Of a stretch of DNA of 49,942 nucleotides, positions 18,855 to 30,277 are shown piece after piece. The notes beneath the pieces are model-generated. The model saw nothing but the letters and a program-made list of their open reading frames with translations, did no database searches and was not told where the DNA came from. The stretch covers positions 1-49,942 of IMG/VR virus record IMGVR_UViG_3300044272_002383. The stretch is one strand, 5' to 3'. Position numbers and translations under genes: made by a program. This DNA comes from a virus. Lineage: Duplodnaviria; Caudoviricetes. Each line of letters opens with the position of its first letter. Positions within the stretch are counted from its first letter, which is position 1.

Positions 18855-19727
18855 ATGGGATTATTAACTCAAAATCAAGAACAATATTACGACGCTAGTA
18901 ACTCCGCTAATTACGGTGATTACCAGTTTGTAACATTAGAAAATATAATAAAAGCCTTTATGGTAATTCATGTTGGTGAAGGTAAAATAATATCTAAAGT
19001 TAGTAGAACTGATGTTCAGTTTCATGGTATGAGAGCTATACAAGAATTATCATACGATGTTTTTAGATGTTTTAAACAACAAGAAATAAAAGTACCATCA
19101 AATTTAAAAATGATACTACCTCAAGATTATGTTAATTATGTTTCTATATCTTGCGTTGGATCTGATGGTATTAAAAAGAACTTATATCCTACAGGTAAAA
19201 CAGCTAATCCGTTTGCTATACAACAAGATGATAGTGGTAATTATCAGTTTCAAAATAACAACTTAATTGAAACTACTAGTACAACTTCAACTAATTATAA
19301 TTCTGCTTCTGACTATGTTAATACAGATGCAAAAGACGCTTATGATATAGAGCTTGATTTTCAAGGTAGAAGATACGGTTTAGATCCGCAATATGCTACA
19401 CAGCACGGCACATTTTATATAGATTATTTAAGAGGCTTTATACATTTTAGTTCTGGATTAGGTGGTCAAACAATAGTTTTAAAATATGTTAGTGATGGAC
19501 TAGGTACTGATGCTGAAATGGTAGTACATAAGTTTTGTGAAGAAGCTGTATATAAACATATAATGTATGGTGTGTTATCAACAAGAAGTAACATACCTGA
19601 ATACATAGTTCAAAGATATAAAAAAGAAAGGTTTGCTGAAACTAGAAAAGCAAAAATAAGATTGTCAAATATTAAAATAGAAGAATTTACACAAGTACTG
19701 AAAGGTATGAGTAAACAAATAAAATAA
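18855..19727 (+). CDS. tail ring or tubular protein
   Basis: LPQDYVNYV and LKYVSDGL motifs resembling crAss-like ring proteins. Confidence 0.65.
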   Translation: MGLLTQNQEQYYDASNSANYGDYQFVTLENIIKAFMVIHVGEGKIISKVSRTDVQFHGMRAIQELSYDVFRCFKQQEIKVPSNLKMILPQDYVNYVSISCVGSDGIKKNLYPTGKTANPFAIQQDDSGNYQFQNNNLIETTSTTSTNYNSASDYVNTDAKDAYDIELDFQGRRYGLDPQYATQHGTFYIDYLRGFIHFSSGLGGQTIVLKYVSDGLGTDAEMVVHKFCEEAVYKHIMYGVLSTRSNIPEYIVQRYKKERFAETRKAKIRLSNIKIEEFTQVLKGMSKQIK

Positions 19728-19729
19728 TT

Positions 19730-22700
19730 ATGGCAGAAATTAAACGTAGTTTCGCTGGTGCTAGGATGAACAAAGATGTTGATGAAAGACTAATACCAAA
19801 CGGAGAATATAGAGATGCTCAAAACGTAAAGATTAGAAATACTGATAGCGTTGGTAATGACGGTGTTGGTGATGCTGGTACTGTACAAAATATTAAAGGT
19901 AATCTTGAGCTAACTCAAAGTCAAGTACTCTCTGAAACTTATTCAACTAGCATACCATTTGGTAATGGTTCTGAACCTAAAGTAGTTGGATCTATATCTA
20001 ATGAAAAAAATAATAAAGCATATTTCTTTGTAGCATCTCCAAATATACTTAGCTTTATATTTCCTGTCGCATCAATTAATTCTAAAAAAATTTTAGCAGA
20101 CTCTATTATAGAAGTTGATACAGTTGATAGTGCTTCTACACCTACAACAAAATTAGTTGTTGTTGATAAATATGGTGTTGTAGATACTAGAGCTAATGTT
20201 TTTGCTAATCCAAATCAAGTAACTACTTTTCAAACTTTTACAGCTGTAGACGCTAGTGACTATAGGGTAGGTATGAAAATTGTAGCTTTTAGTAGTGGTA
20301 GTAGTTTTGAAATATTTAGATCTACTATACAAAATATAGTTGATAATGAAATAACTTTATATGATGAAGTAAGTTTTAATAACTTTAATGACATATCAGC
20401 TGTTGGTATATTTTTTGAAAGTGATGATAGGGTTTTAAATTTTGATCTAGATGTTAAAATAAATGCAATAAATATTATTGACGATTTATTATTTTTTACA
20501 GACGGTGTTAATGAGCCTAAAAAAATAAATATAAAAAAGTGTATTGAAGGAACAGCACAAGACGGTAGTGCGCATACTCAATTAAAACTTTCAGATCCTA
20601 AAGATAAAGATTTATTATTAGATTATTCTGGAACTGTAAATGATAATGCTTTAGAAATATCATTATCACCAGCTGTTAACAATGATTTAAAAATAGACCA
20701 TGTAACTGTTATTAAGAAAGCTCCTAGAGTTGCTCCAACATTAGAGATGAAAGATACTGATAGAGATGGTGAAACTACAGCGTTTGGATTAGAATATGAT
20801 TTTGTAGGTGTAGCTGATTTAGCTGGTATTACTTTTGAAAACGGTTATGAATTTACAATAACAAGTAGTTTAATTCAAGGAGCTAATGCACCTAATTGGT
20901 TACCTAATGATATATTAATATTTAATGAGCAAAGCGATCAATCAGCGTCTATAGTAAAAGCTAGTATAAATAATTTTGACGACACAACTGGCACACTAGA
21001 ATTAACACTAATTTCATTTAGCTCTGAAATAATAGCGGCTAATAGTGATATAGCTGGATCTGGTGTTTGGGATGTTGATATACAACAAAAAGACCCTCTG
21101 TTTGAACTTAAAATGGTTAGGTTTGGTTGTAGATATAAATACGATGATGGTGAATGTTCTAGCTTTGGTCCTTGGTCTGAAATAGCTTTTTTACCTGGTA
21201 AGTTTAAATATAATCATAAAAAAGGTTTTAACTTAGGTATGGTTAATAATCTTAGAAGTTTAAAAATAAAAGACTTTATACCATATCAAAGATCAAGAGA
21301 TGCTAACATTGTTGCGGTTGATATACTGTATAAACCTACAGACTCACCTGTTTGCTATATTGTAAAAACAATAAAAAGAGGTATAGATCCAGAGTGGACC
21401 AACTATACAACATCTTCAGACCTAATTCAACCACCATCTAATTGGTTGTTTGGTGAATTAGTTATAACATCGGAAATGATATACAAAGCTGTTGACGCTA
21501 ATCAACTATTAAGATCTTGGGACAATGTACCTAGAAGAGCGTTAGCTCAAGAAATAGCAGCTAATAGACTTATGTTTTCAAACTATGTTCAAGGTTATAA
21601 TATAAATAGCGTTGTAGGTTTATTAACTAGTCATAACTTTGACAACACAGCTACTATTGATGCTCCTAAAAAATCTGTTAAAACAAAACGAAACTATAAG
21701 TTTGGTATGGTATTTGGTGATAAGTATGGTAGAGAAACACCAGTAATAGCAAATGGATTTTTACAAGGTAGCACTGTTAATAATCCTACACTTTTAGGTG
21801 GTGATTTAACTGTTGAAAAGCAGTTTGCTGCTATGAGAAACTATTTTGAATTAACACAAAATTGGAACTCAGTTGAAGCAGACGGCGTTCCAGAAGAGTG
21901 GATGGAATATGTAAAGTATTACGTTAAAGAAACATCTAACGAATACTATAACTTAGTAATGGATAGATGGTATAACGCTGAAGATGGTAATGCTTGGATA
22001 TCTTTTAACTCAGCTGATAGAAATAAAGTTGATGAAGAAACTTATTTAATACTTAAAAAAGAACACAACTCTGATAGAGCTGTACTTGAAAAAGCTAGAT
22101 ATAAAATTATAGCAATATCTAATGAAGCGCCTAATGATATAAAAACAGAAGACAGAGATATGGGTGGCTTAACATTAACAGCCACCGAGTTTCCTAGTAT
22201 GTTTTCTGATACTGTTGGTTTAAATCCTGATAACACTGCTCCTAATCTATTAATGACAGGTCAAGAACTTGTGATAGATAAAGAAGTTTGGGGTGATTAT
22301 TTAAAACAATATGCACCAAAAGGTGATTTAAAAATAGGTATTGTAGGTGAAGTTGCTGGTACAAAATTAACTAGTAGAGTATTTAGAACTGTAACATACT
22401 ATAGTGGTGGTGAAGATCAAGATGGTGTTATAAGATGGAACAAGCCTTTTGGTGAAGCAGCTGATATGCTTGATAGATTTACTAATCTTGGTATAACTGT
22501 TTCTGGTTTAGAATATTCTATAGTATTTAAAGAAAGTGTTGTAACATTAAACAAACCAGAGTTTGATGGTAAGTTTTTTGTTAAAATAGAAAAAGACGAA
22601 GCTTTACAAACTAAAGTTTTAAAATTAGCTGGTAAATCAGCTGATTATGATAATATAAGAAGTTTTACATTATCATATATAGATAGTCAAGGAACAAATC

Positions 22701-25700
22701 CCGGTGTAGAGTGGACTTATGAAGATGAAAATGGTAACACCACATCATCTAATAGACATAATTACACTTTCTTAGATGGCTCAGGTGTGCCAGCAATACA
22801 AAACGATACTGACACTGGTTTTAGTGAATTAAATGTTTTAGGTAAAAATATTTACAATGCTAATGTTGCTGGTTGGGGTAGTAACGTTGATAACGCGCCT
22901 GGTACAACCGCTGAAACACAAGCTAAATTTATGGCTTTAGGTTGCGATCATAAATCAGAAGACGGTAGTCAATCTAATAATGCTATTGATAATTTAGCAT
23001 TTAATCCTAGTAATAATGCTATAAACTGGGCTAGAAAAACTTTTAACTTTTGGCAACACATTAGAGAGTCTGAAAGTGTTTTACAAGCTAGGATGTTTAT
23101 TGACGGTTGTAGAGGTAAGTTTTTAAAATATACAGGACCTAATCAAGCTGGTGAAAATTTTGGTAATAATAACGATGGTACGCAAGATGGTCAAATACTT
23201 AGAAGTCCGGATTATTATAAACCTACTGGACTAGACGCTGGTGTTCAATCAGGTGATAACTTTTTACCAACACAGTCTGGTCATTTAGGTAGAATAGTTA
23301 TATCAGCTCATACCGTTGATGGTCCTAACAATGGTAATGGTGATAGTCTTTGGGGTTTTGCTGCAGGTGATGAAGCGTTTTTTAGAGATGAAATGATAAA
23401 AGATGGAACTCTATTTAGATTTAACTCAGATCCAACACAAAGCGTTTATCAAGTAGTGGGAGATCACGATGTTTTAGAAATAACCAATTCCGCTAATCAC
23501 AGTAAATTATCAGATCAATATGGTTCTTCTAATGATAATGTTTCAGGTTCAGGTGGTGAAGGTCAACCTGGTTTGAGTCTCGATGACTTTTTACTTGATA
23601 CTGGTAGCGGTGGATATCAAGCAGGTGGACCATTAGAAGACTTTAACGATTACTCAGGTTTATTTATAGGTGGTGTTGGTAATTCTACAAATAACAGTGG
23701 TATACAGCTTTTAGATTCTAGCAATACATGTGAAAGATGTGGTAATGATAATGGTGAATTTTTTTGGGGTCGTAGAGAAAGTATTAGAGTTGAGTTTAGA
23801 AAACTAGATACACAAAATGGCTTATTAGCAGGAGATGGTGATCAAGGTATAGATACTACAGTGTTTGATCCAAGATCAACGGTTTGTCATGACGGTAGAG
23901 AAGCTATAATAATTAGTTTAGTTGAAGCAAGTATTGCTGGTGGAGAAGCTTCACCAACTACTAATGCTGCTTGTTTTGAAACAGAACCAAAAGAAGATGT
24001 AGGTTTAGATATATACTACGAAGCTTCTAATGCTATACCAATGAACTTAACAAAAACTAATACACCTTATTTTGCGCCTTACAAATCAAAAGTTACTTCT
24101 AAAAATAGTAATTTAGAAACTTTAACGTTAAATAGTTTTAGAACAGACCATCACGTTTCTCATATAGGTTATACAGATGAAAAAGTTATTATAGCTGTAA
24201 AATCAACTCTTGTTTCTTCAGGAGAAATAAGCTTACATTCAGTTTTAAATCTTGATGGAACGTTTGAATTTGCAATAGGTACTTTTATGGTGTTTGAGCA
24301 TAGTAACGGAACAAAAACAATGGCTAGAATAACTGGTTTTGCAACACCACTAGACGCGTCAGAAATAGATTACGGTGAAACAGTTTTTACTGTTGACAGC
24401 TCTTCTACGGCAATAACAACTGGGTATTATGAAATACAAACAGATGTGTATAAAAATAAAGTAGAATTACCTTGGTTTAACTGTTATTCATTTGGTAATG
24501 GTGTTGAGTCTGATAGAATACGTGATGACTTCAATGCACCACAATTAGACAATGGTGTTAAAGTATCTGCAACATTTTTAGAGTACGGTGAAGAAGAAAA
24601 GGGCAGTACTATAATATATTCAGGTATATATAATTCTATATCTGGAACAAATAGATTAAATGAGTTTAATCAAGCAGAAAAAATAACTAAAGATTTAAAT
24701 CCTAGATTTGGTTCTATACAAGCTTTAAAAGCTAGAGATACAGATATTGTAGCATTTACAGAAGATAAAGTACTTAAAATAACTACTCAAAAAGATGCGT
24801 TATTTAATGCTGATGGTAACGCGCAACTACTAGCTTCAAATAGAGTTTTAGGTACAGCTATACCTTTTGGTGGTGATTATGGTATATCAAAAAATCCAGA
24901 GTCTTTAGCTGTTGATGAATATAGAATGTATTTTACAGACAAACAAAGAGGTGCTGTAATGAGATTATCTCAAAATGGTTTAACACCTATATCAAGTGTA
25001 GGTATGAAAACGTATTTTAGAGACAATTTAAGCGACTCTAAGGAGCTTTTAGGAACTTATGATACTGTTAACAGCGAATACAACTTAACTATCAAGAGAA
25101 AAGATAATAGTGTAAATACAGATACAACTGTTTCTTTTAACGAAGGTTCAAAAGGTTGGACTAGTTTTAAATCGTTTATACCAGAAGAAGGAGCTTCTGT
25201 TTCTGGTAAATATTTTACAGCATACGATGGTAAGGTTTATGTACATCATAGCGATGTTGTTGATAGAAATACTTTTTATGGTACATACTATGAGTCTAGT
25301 TTAAACATGATATTTAATGATTTACCTGGTTCTGTAAAAACTTTTCAAGCTGTAAATTATGAAGGTTCTCAAGCTAGAGTAACTCAATTTACAAGTTCTA
25401 CTAATCAATACTTTCAACCTGATGGTAGCGCTTTTGATATAACAGGTGATGGAGAATATTATAATTTAGATGCTAAAGATGGTTGGTATGTAAATGAAAT
25501 ATTAACAGATCAATCGTTAAAAGAGTCTACTGATCAACAACCTTTAATTGAGTTTAAAGATAAAGAAGGTAAATGGTATAATAGAATAGATGGTGGCGAA
25601 AGAAGTACTATTACTAACGAAGATTTAAATGAATTTAGTGTTCAAGGTTTAGGAACTGCTACAGTTGTAAGTAATTTAACAGAAGCTGCTATAACAGCTG

Positions 25701-25771
25701 GTACTGTTTCGGATATAAGCATGACTGTAACTAGCGATTTTATTGATGATCCAACAAACACAACAGATTAA
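19730..25771 (+). CDS. tail stabilisation (nozzle/muzzle) protein with large insertion
   Basis: MNKDVDERLIPNGEYRDAQN start, LLFFTDGVNEPKKIN, NGVESDRIRDDFN, YGISKNPES, YFTDKQRGAV, KEGKW. Confidence 0.8.
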   Translation: MAEIKRSFAGARMNKDVDERLIPNGEYRDAQNVKIRNTDSVGNDGVGDAGTVQNIKGNLELTQSQVLSETYSTSIPFGNGSEPKVVGSISNEKNNKAYFFVASPNILSFIFPVASINSKKILADSIIEVDTVDSASTPTTKLVVVDKYGVVDTRANVFANPNQVTTFQTFTAVDASDYRVGMKIVAFSSGSSFEIFRSTIQNIVDNEITLYDEVSFNNFNDISAVGIFFESDDRVLNFDLDVKINAINIIDDLLFFTDGVNEPKKINIKKCIEGTAQDGSAHTQLKLSDPKDKDLLLDYSGTVNDNALEISLSPAVNNDLKIDHVTVIKKAPRVAPTLEMKDTDRDGETTAFGLEYDFVGVADLAGITFENGYEFTITSSLIQGANAPNWLPNDILIFNEQSDQSASIVKASINNFDDTTGTLELTLISFSSEIIAANSDIAGSGVWDVDIQQKDPLFELKMVRFGCRYKYDDGECSSFGPWSEIAFLPGKFKYNHKKGFNLGMVNNLRSLKIKDFIPYQRSRDANIVAVDILYKPTDSPVCYIVKTIKRGIDPEWTNYTTSSDLIQPPSNWLFGELVITSEMIYKAVDANQLLRSWDNVPRRALAQEIAANRLMFSNYVQGYNINSVVGLLTSHNFDNTATIDAPKKSVKTKRNYKFGMVFGDKYGRETPVIANGFLQGSTVNNPTLLGGDLTVEKQFAAMRNYFELTQNWNSVEADGVPEEWMEYVKYYVKETSNEYYNLVMDRWYNAEDGNAWISFNSADRNKVDEETYLILKKEHNSDRAVLEKARYKIIAISNEAPNDIKTEDRDMGGLTLTATEFPSMFSDTVGLNPDNTAPNLLMTGQELVIDKEVWGDYLKQYAPKGDLKIGIVGEVAGTKLTSRVFRTVTYYSGGEDQDGVIRWNKPFGEAADMLDRFTNLGITVSGLEYSIVFKESVVTLNKPEFDGKFFVKIEKDEALQTKVLKLAGKSADYDNIRSFTLSYIDSQGTNPGVEWTYEDENGNTTSSNRHNYTFLDGSGVPAIQNDTDTGFSELNVLGKNIYNANVAGWGSNVDNAPGTTAETQAKFMALGCDHKSEDGSQSNNAIDNLAFNPSNNAINWARKTFNFWQHIRESESVLQARMFIDGCRGKFLKYTGPNQAGENFGNNNDGTQDGQILRSPDYYKPTGLDAGVQSGDNFLPTQSGHLGRIVISAHTVDGPNNGNGDSLWGFAAGDEAFFRDEMIKDGTLFRFNSDPTQSVYQVVGDHDVLEITNSANHSKLSDQYGSSNDNVSGSGGEGQPGLSLDDFLLDTGSGGYQAGGPLEDFNDYSGLFIGGVGNSTNNSGIQLLDSSNTCERCGNDNGEFFWGRRESIRVEFRKLDTQNGLLAGDGDQGIDTTVFDPRSTVCHDGREAIIISLVEASIAGGEASPTTNAACFETEPKEDVGLDIYYEASNAIPMNLTKTNTPYFAPYKSKVTSKNSNLETLTLNSFRTDHHVSHIGYTDEKVIIAVKSTLVSSGEISLHSVLNLDGTFEFAIGTFMVFEHSNGTKTMARITGFATPLDASEIDYGETVFTVDSSSTAITTGYYEIQTDVYKNKVELPWFNCYSFGNGVESDRIRDDFNAPQLDNGVKVSATFLEYGEEEKGSTIIYSGIYNSISGTNRLNEFNQAEKITKDLNPRFGSIQALKARDTDIVAFTEDKVLKITTQKDALFNADGNAQLLASNRVLGTAIPFGGDYGISKNPESLAVDEYRMYFTDKQRGAVMRLSQNGLTPISSVGMKTYFRDNLSDSKELLGTYDTVNSEYNLTIKRKDNSVNTDTTVSFNEGSKGWTSFKSFIPEEGASVSGKYFTAYDGKVYVHHSDVVDRNTFYGTYYESSLNMIFNDLPGSVKTFQAVNYEGSQARVTQFTSSTNQYFQPDGSAFDITGDGEYYNLDAKDGWYVNEILTDQSLKESTDQQPLIEFKDKEGKWYNRIDGGERSTITNEDLNEFSVQGLGTATVVSNLTEAAITAGTVSDISMTVTSDFIDDPTNTTD

Positions 25772-25783
25772 TTATTATTTTAT

Positions 25784-27160
25784 ATGTCTTACGTAAATAC
25801 ACAAGGATTAAATTATCAAGTAACAGCACTTACTGTAACAGTGAGGCCTGGTCAAACTATATCAACTACTGTTAGCGCTCCATATTTAATAGCAGCAGAT
25901 ATTTCTCCTAATAACCCATCTACTCATGAAGTTAAATATAATTATTTCAGCATAAGTGGTGCGACAGGCGTGTATTCAAGTGGCACTGTATCATCTGGTA
26001 CATATGCTGGAAACACGATTAATACAAACACTTTTACTAAAGGTGAAACAGGTGTTATATTACCAGAAATGGTTACTAAAGTAGCGTTTACAGATCTTGG
26101 AATACCTGGTAACTTAAATATGGAAGTTACTTTAGATCCAGATTTTGTAGTACCAATTGATGCTGCTAGTCCATTTATAATAACGCTAGATATTGATGGT
26201 GATGCTCAACCTATAGGAGATAGCACAGTAGCAGCAACAGGTGCGCCTGCTAATTTTGATTTAACAGTAGAATTAGACTCTAATTCAAATTGTCAAGTTT
26301 TTGCGTTTAGACCTAGTGATGTATCTCAATTTAATTTTTTTAATACTGCTAGTTGGCGATGGGATCTTGCTAGTACTAATGTTAACGTAGAACCATACAC
26401 GTCAGCTACTTTTACCTGGAAACCTGGTGTTCAAACTGTAACTTCATCACCTATATTTGGTTCAGGTGCTATAAATGGAGATAATTCAACTAGTCACGCT
26501 TGGTTTTATATAGTGCCTAAACCTGGTTTTACTTTATCAAGGCATAATCTTTCTATACAACCAGTAGCAAGTAGTGGTAATGTTTATGATTTGCCAGGGG
26601 TTGCTAATGATTTAGCTAGTGCACCCTCAACAGAAAACTCATCTGTTACACTAACATCTCAAGGTTATCTTTTTAACATTAGTCAATTGTTAGGTACTAA
26701 TGGTTACGGTGTTAGTCAAGCTTATCAACAACAAAACATACAAAATGGTATAATACAAAATTTAAACGGAACTTTTGCTTATACAGGTTATATAAATAGA
26801 AATGTAATATCCACTAGTAATACTACTTTAGTTTCTACTAATATAAACTATAATGATATTGTTAATGGTTCTACAATAACGCCATACGGCACTCATCAAA
26901 TACTTTTAGTTGATACTGGTGGCGCTTCAGACGTATTTCCATTTAATATAGATGCTACTGGCTTTTCAAGTGGTACACCACCTAGTAATTTGGCTACAGG
27001 AGATTTTAATGGCAATGGAGTTTTAGTTATACTAAATGGTTTTTATAACTATGTTCCAGGTAACGATCCTGCTGATTTAAAAATACAAATAAACGGCTCG
27101 GCTATGGTTGATGATGGATTAACTAGTCAAGAGTTTAACTTTAATATAGATGATGAATAA
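25784..27160 (+). CDS. putative tail appendage or receptor-binding protein
   Basis: 458 aa, T/S/N/G-rich, very few basic residues, beta-rich. Confidence 0.55.
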   Translation: MSYVNTQGLNYQVTALTVTVRPGQTISTTVSAPYLIAADISPNNPSTHEVKYNYFSISGATGVYSSGTVSSGTYAGNTINTNTFTKGETGVILPEMVTKVAFTDLGIPGNLNMEVTLDPDFVVPIDAASPFIITLDIDGDAQPIGDSTVAATGAPANFDLTVELDSNSNCQVFAFRPSDVSQFNFFNTASWRWDLASTNVNVEPYTSATFTWKPGVQTVTSSPIFGSGAINGDNSTSHAWFYIVPKPGFTLSRHNLSIQPVASSGNVYDLPGVANDLASAPSTENSSVTLTSQGYLFNISQLLGTNGYGVSQAYQQQNIQNGIIQNLNGTFAYTGYINRNVISTSNTTLVSTNINYNDIVNGSTITPYGTHQILLVDTGGASDVFPFNIDATGFSSGTPPSNLATGDFNGNGVLVILNGFYNYVPGNDPADLKIQINGSAMVDDGLTSQEFNFNIDDE

Positions 27161-28521
27161 TGGCTACTACAGAAACTAAAACACTTAAAAATGGAAACAA
27201 TATGGAAGTTACTAGTATTATTGGTACACTTTCTGTTGAAACTATAAATTCTGGTTTTGAAAATGAATTTTTTAAGTTTAGATTTTCAGGTAGAACAATT
27301 ATAAATAAACCAACAAAGGTTGGTACTATTAAAATAACACCTGGTACTGGTAACGCTCTAACAAAACCTAATTTTCAAAAGTCAACAACAGGTGTTAATA
27401 GTACTGTTAAATTAAATTTAATTGATACAACAGTAAATTCTACTACTAGAAACGTAGAGTCTTATTTATATGACGTTATTTATACAGCTAAAGAAAATGT
27501 TAAAGAGTTTGATGGATTAGGTTTTAAACTTGAAAATAGTTCGTTTACTATACCTGAAAGTCCTAGTGTTATAAATAGCATTACTTATGGTAAAGATGCT
27601 ATAGATATTAATGGTGAAAATAAAAAAATAATAGTTAGAGGTACACCTGGTGTTGTTGTTGATTTTAGTATAACAAAATTATTAGACTCAGTAGACTCTA
27701 ATGGTAATATAGTTAACTCACAGCATGTTGCTTTTGGTAACTTTGGTGATCTTAGTGTTGAACTAGCTGATGGTAGTAAGACTGGAGGTAAATCTGTTAC
27801 AATACCTTCAACTGGTTTTGTTTCGTTTAACGTTAGGTTTCCTAGAGTTTCATCAAAAACTAGATATTCACTAAACGTAAACGATTATACAACTAAATTT
27901 TCAACAAATTTTAAAAATCAAGTTGAAGCTAAAACAGGTGGTTTTAATGTTAGTGATTTAGGTTCTACTATAGCTAGTAAAATACTTACACAAAACGTTC
28001 ATCCAACTTTAACACTTAGAGCAACAACTGGTGAAAGTGCTGGTAATGTTAATTTAAGTGTAAATGGTGGTGCTGTTCAAACTTTTAATAGTGGAGCTAA
28101 TGTTGATAAAACTTACAAAGGTAAGTTTAATAGTAGTGATGGAACTTTTAATAATAGAGACGGTACTTTTTTTAAAGTAAAATATGTGATGACAGCTTTA
28201 AGTGGTGCTTTTTCAGCTAAATCAGGTAGTGGTGGAGCTGTATCATTTACTAATAGCTTAGGTGAAACAGAATCAACAGAAAACACTTTTGGCGCACCTG
28301 TATGGAGTAATGAAGATCAGTCACTTTCTGATTGGACAAACTCTAATTTTAAAAAAAATGGAGGAACTAATATAAGTATAACTAGAATAGATCAAGCCGT
28401 AAGTACAGTATCTAGTAGCAACGACACATTAACTTTGCAGTTTAAAGTTTATATAACAAGTTGGGGTACACAAGATGTTACTATGGCTTTAAAATTTGAT
28501 AATTTAATAACAAGATCATAA
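27160..28521 (+). CDS. putative tail-associated protein
   Basis: 453 aa, T/S/N-rich, beta-like; TAATG coupling. Confidence 0.55.
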   Translation: MATTETKTLKNGNNMEVTSIIGTLSVETINSGFENEFFKFRFSGRTIINKPTKVGTIKITPGTGNALTKPNFQKSTTGVNSTVKLNLIDTTVNSTTRNVESYLYDVIYTAKENVKEFDGLGFKLENSSFTIPESPSVINSITYGKDAIDINGENKKIIVRGTPGVVVDFSITKLLDSVDSNGNIVNSQHVAFGNFGDLSVELADGSKTGGKSVTIPSTGFVSFNVRFPRVSSKTRYSLNVNDYTTKFSTNFKNQVEAKTGGFNVSDLGSTIASKILTQNVHPTLTLRATTGESAGNVNLSVNGGAVQTFNSGANVDKTYKGKFNSSDGTFNNRDGTFFKVKYVMTALSGAFSAKSGSGGAVSFTNSLGETESTENTFGAPVWSNEDQSLSDWTNSNFKKNGGTNISITRIDQAVSTVSSSNDTLTLQFKVYITSWGTQDVTMALKFDNLITRS

Positions 28522-28522
28522 T

Positions 28523-28882
28523 ATGGCACAAATATCAATAACACTACCAACACCTCTAAACGTTTCTTTGCAAGCTGGTGATATAGTTTACTATATAGAA
28601 TTAGCTTCTAGTGCTGTTGGTGGTTTTCAAGTTAATCAAGGAACAGCTGCACCTATAGAAATAGGACCAGTAGTATCTATAACAAATGGCGTTATTGTTG
28701 TTGAAAACGAAACAACAAATCAAGAACCAAGTGTTGGTGATTTTATATTGTTTGGTAAGAATAGAAGAGTAAACGAAGCATCGCTTGTAGGTTATTTTGC
28801 AGAATTTGAGTTTAAAAATAATTCTAAAACAAAAGCAGAGTTGTTTTCAACTGGCTGTCAAATACAAGAAAGTAGTAAATAA
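28523..28882 (+). CDS. small tail-associated protein
   Basis: NVSLQAGDIVYY..GDFILF..SLVGYFAEFEFKN..AELFS. Confidence 0.65.
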   Translation: MAQISITLPTPLNVSLQAGDIVYYIELASSAVGGFQVNQGTAAPIEIGPVVSITNGVIVVENETTNQEPSVGDFILFGKNRRVNEASLVGYFAEFEFKNNSKTKAELFSTGCQIQESSK

Positions 28883-28893
28883 GTTGCAAAAAA

Positions 28894-28905
28894 TGTAACT
28901 ATATT
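28894..28905 (+). promoter_or_regulatory. putative late promoter motif
   Basis: TGTAACTATATT, identical to the 17933 copy, before the ejection-protein cluster. Confidence 0.55.
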
Positions 28906-28925
28906 AAAGAATAAAGTAAAAAATT

Positions 28926-29519
28926 ATGGCATATAAACAAAGATCTCCAAATAAATTTATAGGTAAAGCTTTGCGTAAAGCTAGAAAAGGCGTTATGGGC
29001 GCTTCTACTAGACTATTTGGTGCTGGTCAAGGTGATAACACGTCTGACACAGGAGCTATAGCACCAGGCATGGGTATGTTACAAGGTGTTTCTGGTATGG
29101 GCCCGATGAATAAAAAAACTGGATATACGCCATACAAAACAATTAGTCCAATGAAAACAAATGCTATACTTGTTCGCGGTGCTTACGATGCTGCATCAGG
29201 TAAGGGTACTAGAAAATATGGACAAATAGCCAAGTCAAGAGCTTTTGCTGATATGGTTGATAGTGTTGAAAGAACAACAAATAGATCGTCTAGAGTTCAA
29301 CTGTCAAAAGCTAGAAGAAGAAGTAAAAGAACAGTTAGGTCAAACGATAAGTTTGAAAACTTTAGAGAAAGATACGAAAGAAGAAGACAGAGAAGACAAA
29401 GATTTAGAGATATATTTAGAGGTAAAAAAAGAAAAGCTATAGATTATTCTGGATATCAAGATCAATATGCTCAACAACCTACCGGTCAAAGGTACGATGC
29501 TGGTGGTTTAACTTATTAA
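28926..29519 (+). CDS. basic tagged protein (MAYKQRSPNK), candidate internal virion protein
   Basis: 197 aa, R/K-rich; internal GPMNK and SPMK motifs. Confidence 0.75.
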   Translation: MAYKQRSPNKFIGKALRKARKGVMGASTRLFGAGQGDNTSDTGAIAPGMGMLQGVSGMGPMNKKTGYTPYKTISPMKTNAILVRGAYDAASGKGTRKYGQIAKSRAFADMVDSVERTTNRSSRVQLSKARRRSKRTVRSNDKFENFRERYERRRQRRQRFRDIFRGKKRKAIDYSGYQDQYAQQPTGQRYDAGGLTY

Positions 29520-29529
29520 ATTATTTATT

Positions 29530-30267
29530 ATGTCGTTAATGTTAGGTTTAGGTTTAAGTGTTGCTGGTACAGCTCTTGGTGCTATTAGCGCTCATAAACA
29601 GCAAAAGAAAGCTGAGCGTAGAGCTGCTAGAGCTAATCAAGAAATGAAAGCATTGAAAGATGAGTATTCTCAATTAGATACATCTAATCCATATGCTGAC
29701 ATGGAGAATACAATGGAAGACTTAACTATAAATAAAAGACAGTTTGAGTTAGAAAGTCAGCAGTTTCAAGAGAGTCAAGCAAACATACTAAGTGGTATAA
29801 GAGACTCTGCTGGTAGCTCAGGTATAGCGGCAGTAGCACAAGCTTTGTCAAATCAAGGTAAACTAGCTGCTCAACAGTCTTCGTCTTCAATAGGTTTTCA
29901 AGAACGTGAAAATCAAATGAAAGAAAGAAACATGGCTGCTAATTTGCAGAATATGGAAAGACAAGGTGAGCTTTGGTCTAGAAACGCAGAAAGAGACAAA
30001 GTGGGCACGTTATTAGGTATGTCACAGCAAGAAGTTGCAGCATATAGAGAACAAGCTGCAGCAGCACAACAAGCTAAATGGGACTCTATAGCTAGTGGAG
30101 TTGACTCACTAGGTAATATGCTAGTACAACCACCGGGGCCATCTGCTGGTACATCACCACCACCTATTGAAAGTGAACCTGGAAACGAAAGACCACCTGG
30201 AAAATATTTTTTAGGCATGAAAGTAGGTGAAGTTGAATATCCACCACCATGTAATGGTTTGACATAA
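29530..30267 (+). CDS. putative ejection or internal virion protein (paralog A)
   Basis: Gly-rich hydrophobic N-terminal helix and Q/A-rich coiled coil; paralog of 43897-44718. Confidence 0.7.
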   Translation: MSLMLGLGLSVAGTALGAISAHKQQKKAERRAARANQEMKALKDEYSQLDTSNPYADMENTMEDLTINKRQFELESQQFQESQANILSGIRDSAGSSGIAAVAQALSNQGKLAAQQSSSSIGFQERENQMKERNMAANLQNMERQGELWSRNAERDKVGTLLGMSQQEVAAYREQAAAAQQAKWDSIASGVDSLGNMLVQPPGPSAGTSPPPIESEPGNERPPGKYFLGMKVGEVEYPPPCNGLT

Positions 30268-30277
30268 AAATTTAATT

